This document shows positions 12,201 through 27,200 of a DNA stretch of 64,000 nt, one piece after another (within the stretch, counting starts at the first letter, position 1; every line of letters starts with the position of its first letter). The notes under the pieces are model-generated. The model was not told the DNA's origin, searched no databases, and saw only the letters and a program-made list of their open reading frames with translations. A program made the translations under genes and the position numbers. This DNA comes from an uncultured delta proteobacterium (lineage in GTDB: Bacteria > Desulfobacterota > Desulfobacteria > Desulfobacterales > JAHEIW01): the NCBI GenBank assembly GCA_963706575.1, contig CAVPNL010000008.1:32001-96000 (forward strand), in the 5' to 3' direction.

Positions 12201-15200
12201 CACCAAACTGAACGGCCTGGCCAAAAGCGCCAACAAGCGGTTGCGTTTTCTGGTTGATAATACCGGTACCGGGAGTTCCGATGCGGTATCCTATGAGCTT
12301 CAGGTAGCCGAAAGTGCAACATGTGGCTCAGGATCTTATTCAGCGGTGGATTCTTCCACTCACTGGAACATTGTGGACTCCACTTATGTTACCGACGGTA
12401 GTGCCTCTGAAAATGTCAGTGGCGGACTGACGGATCCAGGAGGGTCCTCCTGGATGGACGGTGAGTTAGAGGACAGCGCTGATTCTACCGATGCGATCAC
12501 TCTCGGTGCTAGCGAATTCACCGAAATAGAGTTTGCCGTGCAAGCCACGGCCAGCGCGACCGATGGCGGGGATTATTGTTTTAAATTGGTTAATGCTGCC
12601 GGCGGTGCCCTGGACTCTTATACGGCGTATGCTCAGGTACGCATCGCGGGCGCGCATCTTACCCAGGACCATTACCGCTGGAGAAATGACAATGGTGGAG
12701 AGACCGCATCATCAACCGTGACCTACCAGAAAGGCGACGGTAAAGGCAGTGTTTCTGAGACGGATGATGCGACGTTGCATTCGACTAATTCTACTACAAA
12801 TTATGGCTCTGACGCTGCCCTCCTGATAGATGACACTCCTGATTTACACGCAGTTATCAAATTTCCCAATATTTTTGGTGGGGGCGCGAACCAGATTCCC
12901 CTGGGTTCAACGATCACCAGTGCCACATTGACCGTTGAAGTATTTGACCCGGGTACAGAAATAGCCGTTTACCAGGTTACTGAGAGTTGGATTGAAGATC
13001 AGGTGAGTTGGACCAACCGAGTTACCGGTACCCCCTGGTCCAATGCAGGTGCTGATGGAACCCTCTCCCATAAAGCAACAGCGGACGACACTTTTACAAA
13101 CGGCAGTAATGGTTCCAGGGATATCGATGTCATCACCAGTGTTCAGAACTGGTCCGCCGGAGAAGCGAATGAAGGATGGGTTTTTATCAACACGACTACC
13201 GGTGGTGTGGATGTAAGATCCAGCGAATATGGGACATTAGCCCAGCGTCCAAAGCTCTCAGTAACCTATGGTAGTGGTTCCGGTGCCACCTTTGCCGCCG
13301 ATGAAGACACCGCAATTACCGGTCTTGCTAAAAACACCAATAAACGGGTTCGCTTTCTGGTGTCCAATAGCGGCGATACGACCGCCAGCAACACCAGCTA
13401 CCAGCTCGAGTTTGCCGAAACCGACACTTGCAGCTCCGGCTCTTACAGCGCGGTGCCTGCCTCCGCCGGCGCCGGCGATAAATGGGAGATCGTGGATTCA
13501 ACTTATATCAGCGACGGAGAAACGACTTCAGATATCGATGACGGAGTCGACGATGCGCTGCCCAATCCGGGCGGCATGAGCTTTGTGGCCGGCGAGCTGC
13601 GCGATGACAACAGCAACAGCACCGGCGGAATTACCCTGGATCAGGATGAGTTTAGCGAAATCGAGTTTACCATCCAGGCGACCGATGACGCCCTTGACGG
13701 CACCCATTATTGCTTCAGGCTGACCGACAGCGGAACCGATCTGAACAGTTATTCATATTATGCCGAGGTTACCCTTGCGGGGGCTTCCAATTCAGCTCCG
13801 ACTGCCCCGACAACCCCTTACAGCAACGACACCAGCGCCCAGAGCGGACAGACCAATCCCAGCGGCATCACCGATCCCACCCCGGCCTTCAGCGCGATTT
13901 ACAATGACCCCGATTCAGCGGGGATATCGCCAACAAATACCGGGTGGAGGTCAACACCGCCAGCGATTTTAACGGCACGGTGATGTGGGATTCCGGCGCC
14001 TCGGGTACGAGCATGCCAGACACCACCGCAGGCAACCGCTGCCCGGACATCATCTATGCGGGCTCGGCGCTGGCCGACAGCACCACCTATTACTGGCGCA
14101 TTACCTTCTGGGACGATGGCGGCAGCCGAAGGCACGGTAAGCGCCACCCAGAATTTTACCACCGGGACGATCGCCACCACGACCCTGAGCTGGGGGGAAA
14201 ACAGCAGCCGGGACGACTTTAACGCTGTAACCGAGGATACGTATTTAGATCAGGATCAGCCCAGTTACGACATGGGCACCAACCCGCTTATTCGTGTTGG
14301 AGACGACGGCAGTCGCATCAACAGAACCCTGATAAAATATGATCTTACTGCCCTTGACGGCCTCGTCACAAGCTCCAGTCAAATCGTTTCCGCCACCCTC
14401 AAGATGAAAACCTATAATGACGACGCTGACCCTGGAAACATCGATGTTGATGCATTCAGAGTTAAAAAAGATTGGTTTGAAGGAACCAAAAGTTATGATC
14501 CGGCAGATGATGTGGATGATGCTGCCACCTGGCAATATCAGGTTTTTAACGAGACCTCGTGGACCGGCGCCGGCTGTGATGATTCAGCCGATAGAGAAAC
14601 GACTTCAGACGATGTTGAAACATTTGCTGCAGATTATACGTGGTACTCCTGGGATGTAACCGATTCGGTCAAATATTTCTTCGATACCCCATCCAGTAAT
14701 TTTGGATGGCTTTTAAAAGCGCAGAGTGAGGGGATAACCAAATATTGGCGAATATACAGCAGTGAAGCGGCTGAGGCAAACCGGCCCTATCTGGAAATCA
14801 CGATTAACGATGATCCGGCTTGCGGCTATGCTTACAAGCGGGCCATTACCATCGATCACAACGATGTCATCGGCGACAGCGGAGATACCGTGGATCTGGT
14901 TGATTTTCCGGTTGTGATAAAAGAATCCGGCACCTGGCTCAGAAACAGCGGCTACACCGACGGGCGCATCGAAAATGTTAACGGCTATGACATCATCTTC
15001 AAAGATTCCACCGAAACGCTGACCCTGGCGCACGAAATCGAGTATTATAACGAAGGTTCCGAGGCCGCCAACGGGGAAGCTGATGGCCTGGGTAAAAATT
15101 CCCACCCTCGATGCGGATGCCAATACCGTCATTTACATGTATTACGGCAACAGCTGTATTACGGCTGAGACTCAAAATAAAAACGCGGTTTGGAACGCCA

Positions 15201-18200
15201 ACTACAAGGGTGTCTGGCACATGTCTGAAGAGGTTGCCGGCACCGGGACCGCGGATCTGTACCAGGATTCCACCTCGAATGCACAGCCACGGAGATGACA
15301 ATGTGGACGCAACGGATCAGACAGGCCAGATCGATGGTGGACAGCAATTTGATGGCGTCGATGATCACGCCCTTGTTTCGGATCCAGGCGGGAGCTGGGA
15401 ATTTAGTGAAGGTGGTCTGGATGGCGGTACGAGCGATTTCAGCATTTCAGCCTGGGTGAGGCTGGATGCTTCGGGAACTGAGATTTTTCCAACCATCGTT
15501 AAGAAAGGTGGCGGTTCGGATACCGCCGGGGGGTACTGGTTCAACTATTATCTGACTGACGACACTCTGGATCTCAGGGTGTCGGATGGTACCAATCGGT
15601 TCATTGCAAATTCAAACACGGGCCTTGGCCTGGAAGGTGCCGGCTGGCACCACGTCTACTGCCGTTTTCGACCGTGAGGCCGGTACGGATACCGCCTACT
15701 TCTATCTGGATGGAAGCCCGGTGGGATCGGAGGGCTCCAGCCTGATTGCCGACAATTCAATCAATGAAGATAACGATCTTAGTATCGGTGCAAATAGAGC
15801 AAGCACCTGGAGGCCCTGGAAAGGGGAGATTGACGAAGTCCGCATAACCAACGTCGCGCGCACCGCCGGCTGGATTAGAGACTTCATTCAACAACCAGGA
15901 CGATCCTTCTATTTTTTACGGGCTGGGCGGTGAACAGTCCAGCGGCAATCAAACCCCCGCCGATCCGACGATCAACGACCACAATGACGGCAGCACGACC
16001 TCGGACAACACCCCCACGCTAGGCTTTACCCAGTCGGACCCGGATGCCTCCGAGCAGGTCAAATATCGCATCCAGATCGATGACGACGGACAACACCTTC
16101 AGTAATCTGGTGGTGGATTACACATCGGCTCTGATGGCCGAAGGGGCCGCCAGCTTCACCGTGGGTCAGGCGGCAGGATCAGGCACTTACACTGTCGGCA
16201 GCGAAAGCCAGACGCTGACAGACGGTGACTATTTTTGGCGGGTGATGACCACCGATGATGAAGCGGCTGCCAGCGGCTGGACCCAGGCGACTGCGGGCAG
16301 CAATGTCGCTTTTACGGTGGATACTAGCAGCGGGGGCGGGGCAGATGATGACTACACTCAGGACGCCGACATTGTCTCCTGGTGGTATCTGGATGAATCC
16401 TCCGGCACCCGCTATGACGGTTCGGCAGCAGCAACAATGATCTGAGCTGATACCAATTCCAACGTCAGCGCTCTACAGCACCACCGGCGCCGTCCGTCAA
16501 AGAAGGCGCTGCCGCCGCCAGATTTTGAAAACTCAGCCAGCGAAGATGCCCATCTGTAGGATTGCGACGACTCCCAGACCGGTCTTGAGCATCACCGGCA
16601 AGTCTCACCCTTGTGGCCTGGTTAGACTGGAGTCAACCGGGGATACCAGGACATTGTCGCCAAAGACGATGCTACCGGTAACAGAGGGCTATCACCTTCG
16701 TTATCAATGGGACCGGCGGGCTGAGATTTTATTCTTTCCAGACGATGGCACCAACATTACCGCTCGAGTGCATGGATCGACCACAGTGTCTGCCGGAACG
16801 TGGTATCATGCGGCCTGGCGTATAACGGCACCGATGTTCGGCTGTATCTCAATGACAGCTTTACATCAACGGGATCCGACGCAACCCCTGTATCTTACAG
16901 CGGCGGAATATATCAGCAACACGCACCGTTTACCATCGGATGCCGCAAGGGCAATGTTCAGATTTTTCGACGGGCAGATCGACGAAGTGGCGGTCTTTAG
17001 CCGGGCGCTTAACGCTGATGAGGTCAAATCCATTTACGAAAAAGGTCTTAACGGCGTCACCCGCATGCGGCCGGATGCCGCCCAGCCGCCGGTTCCCTAC
17101 TTTGGCCGCTCCATCGGCGAAAATACCGGAACGGTTTACGGCACCGGTACGGTGACGCTCAATCAGGGATCTCGGCGGGCCAGCTTCTCGGGGGCGACAC
17201 TGCCGACAAACATCGGCGAAGGTGATGTGCTCACCATTGGCGGCTCCACCTATTATATTGCCAGCCGGGAGTCGGCCACGGAAGTCATCGTCCAGGAAGC
17301 CAACATCAGCGGGGGTGATCATTCCGGTGCCGGCTATACGATTACCCGTGCTTACAGCGGCTCCAACCATACGCCTTTCACGAGCTGGGAGGATGCTCGG
17401 GATGGAGATCTGGTGACCGATGATTCCATTCAAAGGGGAATTTGCTACAAAGATAGCGATGGCGTCTTTGATTTTAGCAATGGGATAATCTTCGACGATT
17501 CTACGACCGACAGCAGCCATTTCATGTGGCTTACCGCCCATTCCAGCGCCCGCCACAGCGGGACGGCAGGGACCGGGGTTATCGTCGATGGCAGTGGTAT
17601 TGCAGCCGGCCACGGATTCAAAGTGATGAATCCCTATATGAGAATGGAGTGGCTGGAGATCAGAAACTATCCCGGTGACACATCTTCCGCCCAGCCAATC
17701 AACATGGGGTACCTTGGGGACGCCTCGAACAGCCTCCTCTCACATCTGATCATTCATGACTTTACATCGGATGATCAGAATAGGGGTGGAATCAATATCT
17801 ACAGCAGCGTCACCATTCGCAATAGCATCCTTTACAACGGGGACAGGGGAATTCGTGTTTACGAAGATGGTATTACCGTCACTTTGGATAACAACACCAT
17901 TTATAATATGACCGATGACGGAATTTACTTTACACAGCTGAGTACCGCCATTCTGAGAAACAATATTTCAGTGGGTAACGGAACGACGAGTGGCCAGGAT
18001 TTTGACATCGATGACTGCGGATGTGACGATTCATGCGAGTTCCGGAAACAATCTCTATTCCACTGTTGACGGTGGTGTCCATCCGGGCAGCAACAACCAG
18101 TCCCCGCCGGCCAGCCTTGATGATCTTTTTGTTACCATTACCGGCGGATCGGAAAACCTGCACCTGGAAGCCAGCGGCCACAATGCCCTGAATAACGGTG

Positions 18201-21200
18201 CAGGATTTATCGTCTTCATTTACCGATGACATCGATGCCGAGACCCGTCCCACCGGTGTCGGCACCTGGGACATCGGGGCTGATGAAAATTTAGGTGCCG
18301 GTAATTCAGCACCCACAGCACCAACCACACCCTATGCTAATGACGATTCGGCGCAGAGCGGACAGACCAATCCGAGCGGGATCATTGATGCCACCCCGGC
18401 CTTTAGCGCAATATACAACGACCCTGATTCAGGGGATATCGCCAACAAATACCGCGTGGAAGTGAACACCCAGAGCGATTTTGGCGGAACAGTAATGTGG
18501 AATTCCGGCTCTTCGGGTACGAGTATGTCTGACATCACAGAAGGAAACCGCTGCCCGGATATCACCTATGCTGGCACAGTCTTGGCCAACAGCACCACCT
18601 ACTACTGGCGCATTACATTCTGGGACGACGGCGGCACCGAAGGAACGGCAAGCGCCACACAGAATTTTACGACGGGCACCCTTACCTTGCCTTTTGCAGA
18701 TGGTTTCGAAAGTGGTGATCTGAGTGCATGGAGTGGCAATAACACCGAGCCGGGCGATACGATCGCAGCATCTACCGAACAGGTCAATTCAGGAACCTAC
18801 TCTGCCAAGTCTGTTGTTGATAACGATGGGGCTGCCAATCAGGCAATGGTTTGGAGAAATTTTGCCGGTGAAACTGTGGTTTATGCCAGAATACACATCT
18901 ACGTGCCTTCCAGTTTCTCGACCACCGACAATGTCACTGTAATGCAATTCCTCAATAACTGGTCCAATATCATCGCAACGACCATTGATGATGACATGAC
19001 CCTTTATATGTGGAATGCTGTGGCAGGCGAAGCTTACGGATTTGGCATCGGTTCAACCCTGTCAAAAGATGAGTGGCATTGCCTGGAGATGATGGCGATT
19101 ATTTCTCCGACGATCGGTGAGGCGCGGCTCTGGCTGGATGGTAGCTTAGAAATTGAGGCCACCGGTAAAAATCTGGGATCAAACGATATTGATAAATTTG
19201 CGGCGGGCTATTACTGGGCCATTCCGTATGATGAGAGTAACACTTTATACATCGATGATGCTGTTGTTGATACCTCAGCAAACGGTTGTGTAGTCGATGA
19301 ACTCTATCGCTCGGTGGGCACCACTGCTACCGATCTAAATACCGGCTCACATACGGTCGAGATCTCGGGCTCCACAGCGACTTTTTCCGGTTCCATGCCG
19401 GACAATATCGGGGTGGGTGATGTGTTGGCGTACAATAACGGCAGCGCCCAGCTGGCATTTATTCACGGCCGCAGTTCTGCTACGGCCTTTACGGTCAAAG
19501 ACAAAAACGGCGAAACCCCGGCGGCAGCGTCAGCGGGAACATCGGTCGGAGTTTATCGCGCCTATACCTCGTTGAGCAATTGGGAATCGCAGACTGAAAA
19601 TGCCAACATCACCGAGCCCGCCGAAGACGATGTCAACCCTTCAACGGATCTGGTTACGGCCAATACCATAATGATGGTGGCCTGCTATGGCGATGGCGAA
19701 GACGCGGCTTCAGTTTACATTGATAGCTGGACCACGGATCCGGACAACTATATCAAGATCTACACCCCCACTTCATTGAGCGAGGTTGGCACCAGCCAGC
19801 GGCACAATGGGGCCTGGGATACCTCGGCCTATCGCATATCAATGGACGGGACTTATTTCGCTCCGATAGGAATACGAGAGCGCTACGTCCGTATCGATGG
19901 GCTGCAAATAGATAGTAATCTTGAGTATAATAATGAGTCGAACGGGATTCATGTCAGTGATGATAATGCTGATGCCGCAGTAGAGATTCATATTTCCAAT
20001 TCAATTTTTCGGATGACGAGCGCCCCTCCAACTACCGCGGCATTTGGTATTGGCGCTTTGAATCAGTTTGGTGGAGCTAACAGCCTTTACGTTGCCAAAG
20101 TATGGAATAACATCATCTATGGCTATGCGGTTAGCGGCGGTGGCGGTAACTGTATATACGCTCAAAATAATGGCACCGTTTATGCCTACAACAACACCTG
20201 TGTCGGCGGCAGTGGGGCTGGAAACGGAATAGCGGCATGGGATAATATAGATTTCTATGCCAAGAATAACATCTCTATCGATTTTACGGATCCATACAAA
20301 AATACGTTTCACGCGGACAGTACCAATAACGTCTCCGATACCGGAGATGCACCGGGGAGCAACCCGATCAATGGAGAGCCCACTTTTGCGAATAAAGCCG
20401 GCAATGATTACCACCTGGCCGTCAGTGATACCGTGGCCCGGGGGGCGGGCGCGGACCTCGATGGGGATGCCATTCTTCCCGTCACCGACGACATCGACGG
20501 CAACGGCAGGGATGCCTCTGCCCCTGACATCGGTGCCGATGAGTACCTTGCGGCTTCCACATCCACGCTTTATCGCTCGGTGGGCATCACGGCCACCGAC
20601 CTTAATACCGGATCGCGTACGGTAGAGATCTCCGGTTCCACAGCAACTTTTTCCGGTGACATGCCGACCCATGTCGGGGTGGGTGATGTGCTGGCTTACA
20701 ACAATGGCAGCAGCCGGATCGCTTTTATCCATGGTCGCAGTTCAGCCACTGTTTTTACCGTAAAAGATAAAGACGGCGAAACCCCGGCGGCAGCATCAGC
20801 GGGGACATCGGTGGGTGTCTATCGCGCTTACACCTCATTGAGCAACTGGGAATCGCAGACTGAAAATGCGAACATCACCGAACCCGCCGAAGATGATGTC
20901 AACCCCTCAATTAATCTGGTTGCTGCGAATACCATTATAATGGTGGCCTGCTATAACGACGGGGTGATGGACGACGGCAGCATCAGCATCGATGGGTACA
21001 CCACCGGAGCCGGTAATTACATCCGGATCTTTACCCCGACTGACACCAGTGAGGTGGGCACGAGCCAGCGGAACGACGGCACGGCCGGAACAGGATTCGT
21101 CCTGAAGCCACAGACCTCGTCTCCGGGTCAATATTACTCTGTTATTCGAATCGAGGAAGATTATGTCCGGATCGAGGGGGTCGAGATCGACGGCCTCCTT

Positions 21201-24200
21201 GTGACCAACGCAGAGTATAACAGGGGCATTCTCACCACGAATACCGCAGCGGCCAGCGACATCCGGATTGACAGGTGTCTCATTCACGATCTTACGAGTT
21301 CGAAGGTGGCGGCCACTACGCATGCTGCCATGGGAATAGCGCTCACCAGCGGGTCGGCCCGAATAACCAATACGATTATCTACAATATCCACAATACCAG
21401 CACCGACCCAAATTCTTTCGCGAGGGGAATACGAATCGAAACCGGCAGCACCACAAATTATCTTTACAACAACACCATCTATAATGTCACGAACACGGGA
21501 AGTTCATACAACCAGTATGGTATTTTGGTTGATACCGGCACGGTGATAGCAACGAACAACTACGTGGGCGGCACAAGCGGTTTGGGTACGGTGGCTGATT
21601 TTAATGGCACGATGACGCAGAGCTACAACATCTCCTCTGACGGCACGGCCAGCGGCAGCGGCTCGCTGACAAACCGCACGGCCACCGAAAATTCCGATCC
21701 GGGCGCCGGTGACTGGGTGGTATTTTCGGATCTGAGCACCGGCGGTGAAGATTTTCACCTGCAGTATGTGGCTGAAAACGATGCGCTCAATGCCGGGGCA
21801 GATCTATCCGGTACTTTCAGCGATGACATCGACGGGGAAACGCGCCCGACCGGTGCCAATACCTGGGACATCGGGGCCGATGAAATCAACGAGTCCTGCA
21901 ACGATAAATTTGCCTACCGACGTCTGATTACCATCGATCATAACCAGGTGGGCCTGGATAATAATCCGGGCACCCTTCCAAATTTCCCGGCCCTTGTAAG
22001 TTTATCTGGCAAATGGCTTAACACCACCAGCGCAGATCCTACTAATGGACGAATTGAGCATTACAAAGGCTGGGACGTTGTTTTCAGGGCCTCCGACGAA
22101 GTCACCCATTTGGACCATGAGATCGAATACTATGACGGTTCGGCATCCGGTGGTGATGTTACCAAAAGCGACGGCTGGTACACAGGATTAGGAGCCTATA
22201 CGGTGCCGGCCGGCAGCGATCGGCTGCTGATTTTTGTGACTGGTTTAGAAGATGCCTCTGACAACCAGACCACCATCACCAGTGTGACCTATGGCGGCGT
22301 GAGTATGACCCCGGCTGTTGAGCACTTTTCATACAGCAGCCCGCTGACCGTGCGAACCGGAATCTGGTATTTGAGGGATGCCGACATCCCGGCCGGCAGC
22401 AACAGCTTTGTGGTTACCTACAGTCCTTCTGACCCGGGCCGCAACCGTCACGCTTACGCTCTTTTTACCAACGTCAGTCAAATAAATCCCATTGTTGATT
22501 CGGATTCGGGTGCAGTAACGAGCTCAACAACCATCACGACGGACAATCCCATTGATGTGGTTGCAGGCGGAATGTCGGTTTCGGCTGTAGTCTCCAATAA
22601 CGTTGGAAACTATGACGACAATTCATGGGGAACCGGCTGGACGGAGGGCACCGATCAAGCCTCGGGCTGGCATACGGTGGGTTCGGCCAACAGCGGCGCA
22701 TATGGATCAGACACAACAGACAGCGGCTCTGCCACGTTTAATATAGCCGCCAGACAGGTTATCGTTGCTGCCTGTCTGCGGCCCTCGTCGGATGGGGATT
22801 TGGTGGCCTGGGTGCGCATCCCCAGTCTTGCCAAGGATACCGATAGCCAGATTTACATGTACTACGGCAACAGCTGTGTCGCTAATAACCCGGAAAATTC
22901 GGCAGGTGTCTGGGTTGACTACGCCGGTGTCTGGCACTTAACAGAAGACGGCAATGGAACTGCCGATGAATTCAAAGACAGCGCCCAATACGGCAATCAC
23001 GGGCAAGGCGGTGAGGGTACCGTTGAGTTTGTGCCCAGCCAGGTGACCGGTCAGATTGCCAACGGGCAGGATTTTGATAATTCAGATGGCAAATGGGAGC
23101 TGATTGATTGCGGCAATGATTCGAGCCTGGACATCACCGGAAATCAAATAACGCTGCAGGCCTGGGTGAAGTACGATAGTGCTACTCACAGCCACATGGG
23201 TCCGTTAAACCACAAAGGCTGGAACAATGGCTACCGTCTGCTCATGGGGGAAAATGCCACCACAGTCAATTTCCAGATAACGGGGTCAAGCTATGACCTG
23301 GAGTCCAGCGGAACCCTTTCCACCGGTGCCTGGCATCATCTTGTGGCAACCTATGACGGTTCCAAAATGAAGATTTATATCGATGGTGCCAAGGATGCCA
23401 ATGAGCTCGATAAAACCGACAACATCCTTTCCGTGCCACCGACCGAAAATGAAGTCTGGATCGGGCACGCTGATCAGCCAAAGGACGTGGCGTGGAGTTA
23501 TCCATGGGACGGCCAGATTGACGAAGTCCGTATTTCTGCGACCGCCCAATCTGCGGACTGGATCGCCACCGAATACAACAACCAGAGCTCACCGGTCACG
23601 TTTTTAAGTGCAGGTGCCGAGGGAGCCGGCGGGCCCACCGCCATCAGCCTGGTCGAATTTACGGCCACCGGCGCAGGCAACGCGGTGCAGGTCAACTGGC
23701 AAACCGCCCAGGAGGTGTCCAACGTGGGCTTTAACCTGTACCGGGCAGACAGCCGCACAGGGCAGCTTTGAAAAAATCAACAACAGCCCTGATCCCGGCA
23801 CTGAGCTTTTCAGTCACCGGCAGAAGCTACGGTTTTATCGACACCGACGTGGTGTTGGGCCAGCTTGTACTATTACAAGCTTGAAGACATCGATGTCTAC
23901 GGCAAGCGCACCATGCACGGGCCCATCTGCGTGGACTGGGACGGCGACGGGCTGCCCGATGACTGGGAGATCAGATACGGGCTTAACCCGTGGTTAAATG
24001 ATGCCAATCTCGATTCTGACGGTGACGGGCTGACCAACCTGCAGGAATATGAGCTGGGCACCGACCCGTTTAACCCCGATACCGACGGAGATGGGATTCC
24101 AGATGGCCAGGAAGCCAGGAAGCGAGAAAGCCAGGAAGCTGAAGGCACGCATCAGCTTAGCCGCGGGGTGGAGGTTGTCGCTGAAGATGAAAATGGCATT

Positions 24201-27200
24201 ACCTTAGCGCTTTACACCGACACATTTTTTACCGAGAGCGTTTATGCCGACGGTATGGAATACGAACGGCTAAAGATCGATGATTACGTGCACGGTTTTA
24301 GCAGCGAGGTGGGCAAACCAGAGCTTCCGCTAAAAGGCATCCTGGTTAATATCCCCGAAGGGCAGATAGGCGAGCTGTCCATTTTACAAACCGTTGTTGA
24401 GACCCATAGCGGTTATCAGATCTTTCCGGTACCGGCAAACAGCGTTGATGATCAGGGTGTGGCAGCGGCTGTGGCAGAGAGCTTTGTAAAAGACGAAGCC
24501 GCCTATCAACAAGATGCCTTTTACCCGCAAGCAGTCGCGCAGTTAGGTGATCTGTTTGTCTTCCGTGATCAAAACAAACAGCAGCTGCTGTTTTACCCGT
24601 TTGCCTTTAACGCGGTAACCGGCGAACTTAACCATTACAAACGCATTCAGGTGCGTATTGACTATGTCAATGATCTGTATGCCAAAGTTGAAGATCACAG
24701 CGTTAGCCCCTGGTCGGTACCGCTGCCCGCACCATCTTCAGGCGATCTGTCAGAGACACTGGCCTCGATGGGCTCTTATGCCATGGCCTTTGGGGCATCG
24801 CCTTTGATCGTAAACCCGCTCTCCCCGGCGCTTACCTCTGTGGGTGTGATCATGGGCGCGGTGTGGTCACCGCCAGCTGATGGGGCTGCCGGCGCCTATA
24901 AGATCATGGTCTCAGAAGATGGCCTCTACCGGCTTGACAGCGCCTTTTTTAGCCAACAACGGCATTAATCCCGCCGACATCGATTTAGATACCGTGCGCC
25001 TCTATCATATGGGTGAAGAAGTCGCTGTTTTGGTCAACGATGCCGACACCCCCGGTGCCTTTGACGCCAACGATTATATCGAGTTTTACGGCCAGCCGGT
25101 AGCGGATCAATATGCCAAATACGCGGCCCAAAACATCTACTGGCTGGTGACCGCTGGCGGCATCGGAACCCCCAAACGCATGGTGGCAGTCGATGGCACC
25201 CCGGCGGCCGGGCCTTTGGCCACCGAGCACAGCGCTTCTGGTGCGCTTAGAAGACGATGAATACTATGTGGGGCTGGCCCCGGGGGCAAACGAACGCGAC
25301 CGCTGGTTTTTTGATGACTTTGTGCTGGGCACTGACTTTACCGGCGGAGCCGGATCCGGTTGAGGTGCCCTTTGACCTCACCTTGCCGGGGGTTATCGGT
25401 CAGGGCAATCTTACCATCTCCTTGTGGGGCTATTATGACACCGGCCATGAAGTGGAGGTGTGGGTAAATGATGTGTCCCAGGGCACTTTTAGCTGGTCCG
25501 GCATTGCCTTTTATGAGGTGAACCTGAGCGGGCTTAATTTAACCGAAAACACCACCGTAAAACTTGCCTGCCACACCGCTATGGACGGGCTCGATTGTTG
25601 ATTATATCGAGGCCACTTACCCGCAAAGCTTTGCCGCGGTCACTGACAGCCTTCACCTTTAGCCACGACAGCGGCTACCGCTATATCATCGATGATTTTA
25701 GCACCGATGCCCTGCGTGTTTTTGACATCACCGAACCAGTTGATGTGGCACAGGTCACCGACCTACAAATTAACGGCACAGGTCCGTTTAGCCTTGAGTT
25801 TGAACCGCCGCCAAGCGGGCTGACCGACACCTTTCTTATCATCGGCACCGATGATTATAAGATCCCTGATGCGATTGTTGAAGATACGCCCTCTGATCTG
25901 GCCGACACCGCCAACAGCGCCGATTATATCTTAATTACCCACCAAGACATCGGCTGGGACGGTGGCGGTGCTCCAATATGGCTGGTTAACCGATCTGGTT
26001 GCCCTGCGTGAAGATGGTGATCTTAGAAGTCAAGGTGGTTAATGTCACCGACATCTACGATGAGTTTAGTTACGGGATACCCACCCCGGTGGCGATCCGT
26101 GATTTTCTGTCCTATGCCTACAGCAACTGGCGTACGCCCGCACCGCAGTATGTGCTTTTGGTGGGCGATAGCACCTATGATTTTAAGGACAACTACAACC
26201 GGGGCACCGTAAACCATGTGCCCGCATATACGGTGTTTACCGATTATATGGGGGAGACGGTCACAGACGAATACTTTGTCACCATCAGCGGCGATGATGC
26301 GCATGGTTGACATGTACATCGGGCGGCTTCCGGCCCAAAGCGCAGCTGAAGCGCACGGCGATGGCTAAATAAGATTATCGCCTATGAGACCGGGCTTAAC
26401 ACCGGCAGCTGGGAGAAAAACGTGGTACTGGTCGCCGATGATCAAACCGAGGCCTATGAGGCGGTCTTTGAGACCATCAATGAGGATGCCGCAGCGCTTC
26501 TGCCCTCAAAGATGGTGGCGCTTAAAGGGCTATTTAAACGATTATCTGCTGTCTGGTGATTTAAGCACTGACATCACCAACTGGATCAATGACGGGGCGC
26601 TAATTGTCAATTACAGCGGTCATGCCTCACTGCAGCAGTGGGCCGCCGAGGCGGTGTTTGTAAATGCCGATGTAAACACCCTGACCAACACAGGCAAATA
26701 TCCGTTTTTTATCTCCATGAGCTGTTTGACCGGCTACTTCGGGTACCTGGATGCAGCCCTGGGCCCGCAGCCTTCATTGGCCGAAGCACTTGTTGCAGGC
26801 CGCCGACAAAGGGGCCGTAGCTGCGCTAATGCCCACGGGCATGACCACCACAGCAGGCCAGCACATATTCAACAACGCGGTCTTTGAGGCCATTTTTGTA
26901 AACGATATCAGACAATTGGGCCCTGCGATCGCCGCTGCCAAACAAACCCTTTTAGCTAACGGCGATGCCTATTTTGAACAGATATCGCAAACCTTTTTGC
27001 TCTTTGGCGACCCGGCTCAAACTTTAAAGATCCCGCTGCCCAGGATGCCCAGCGGGGTAAAGGCCTATTGGGAAAACAACTCCGTGCGCATTCACTGGAA
27101 TGCGGCCTTAGATAGCAACGGCAACGCGGTGGCGGGCTACAACATCTACCGCGCCAGTGCCCCGGCAGGCCCTTACAGCAGGGTCAACACCGAGCTTGTC

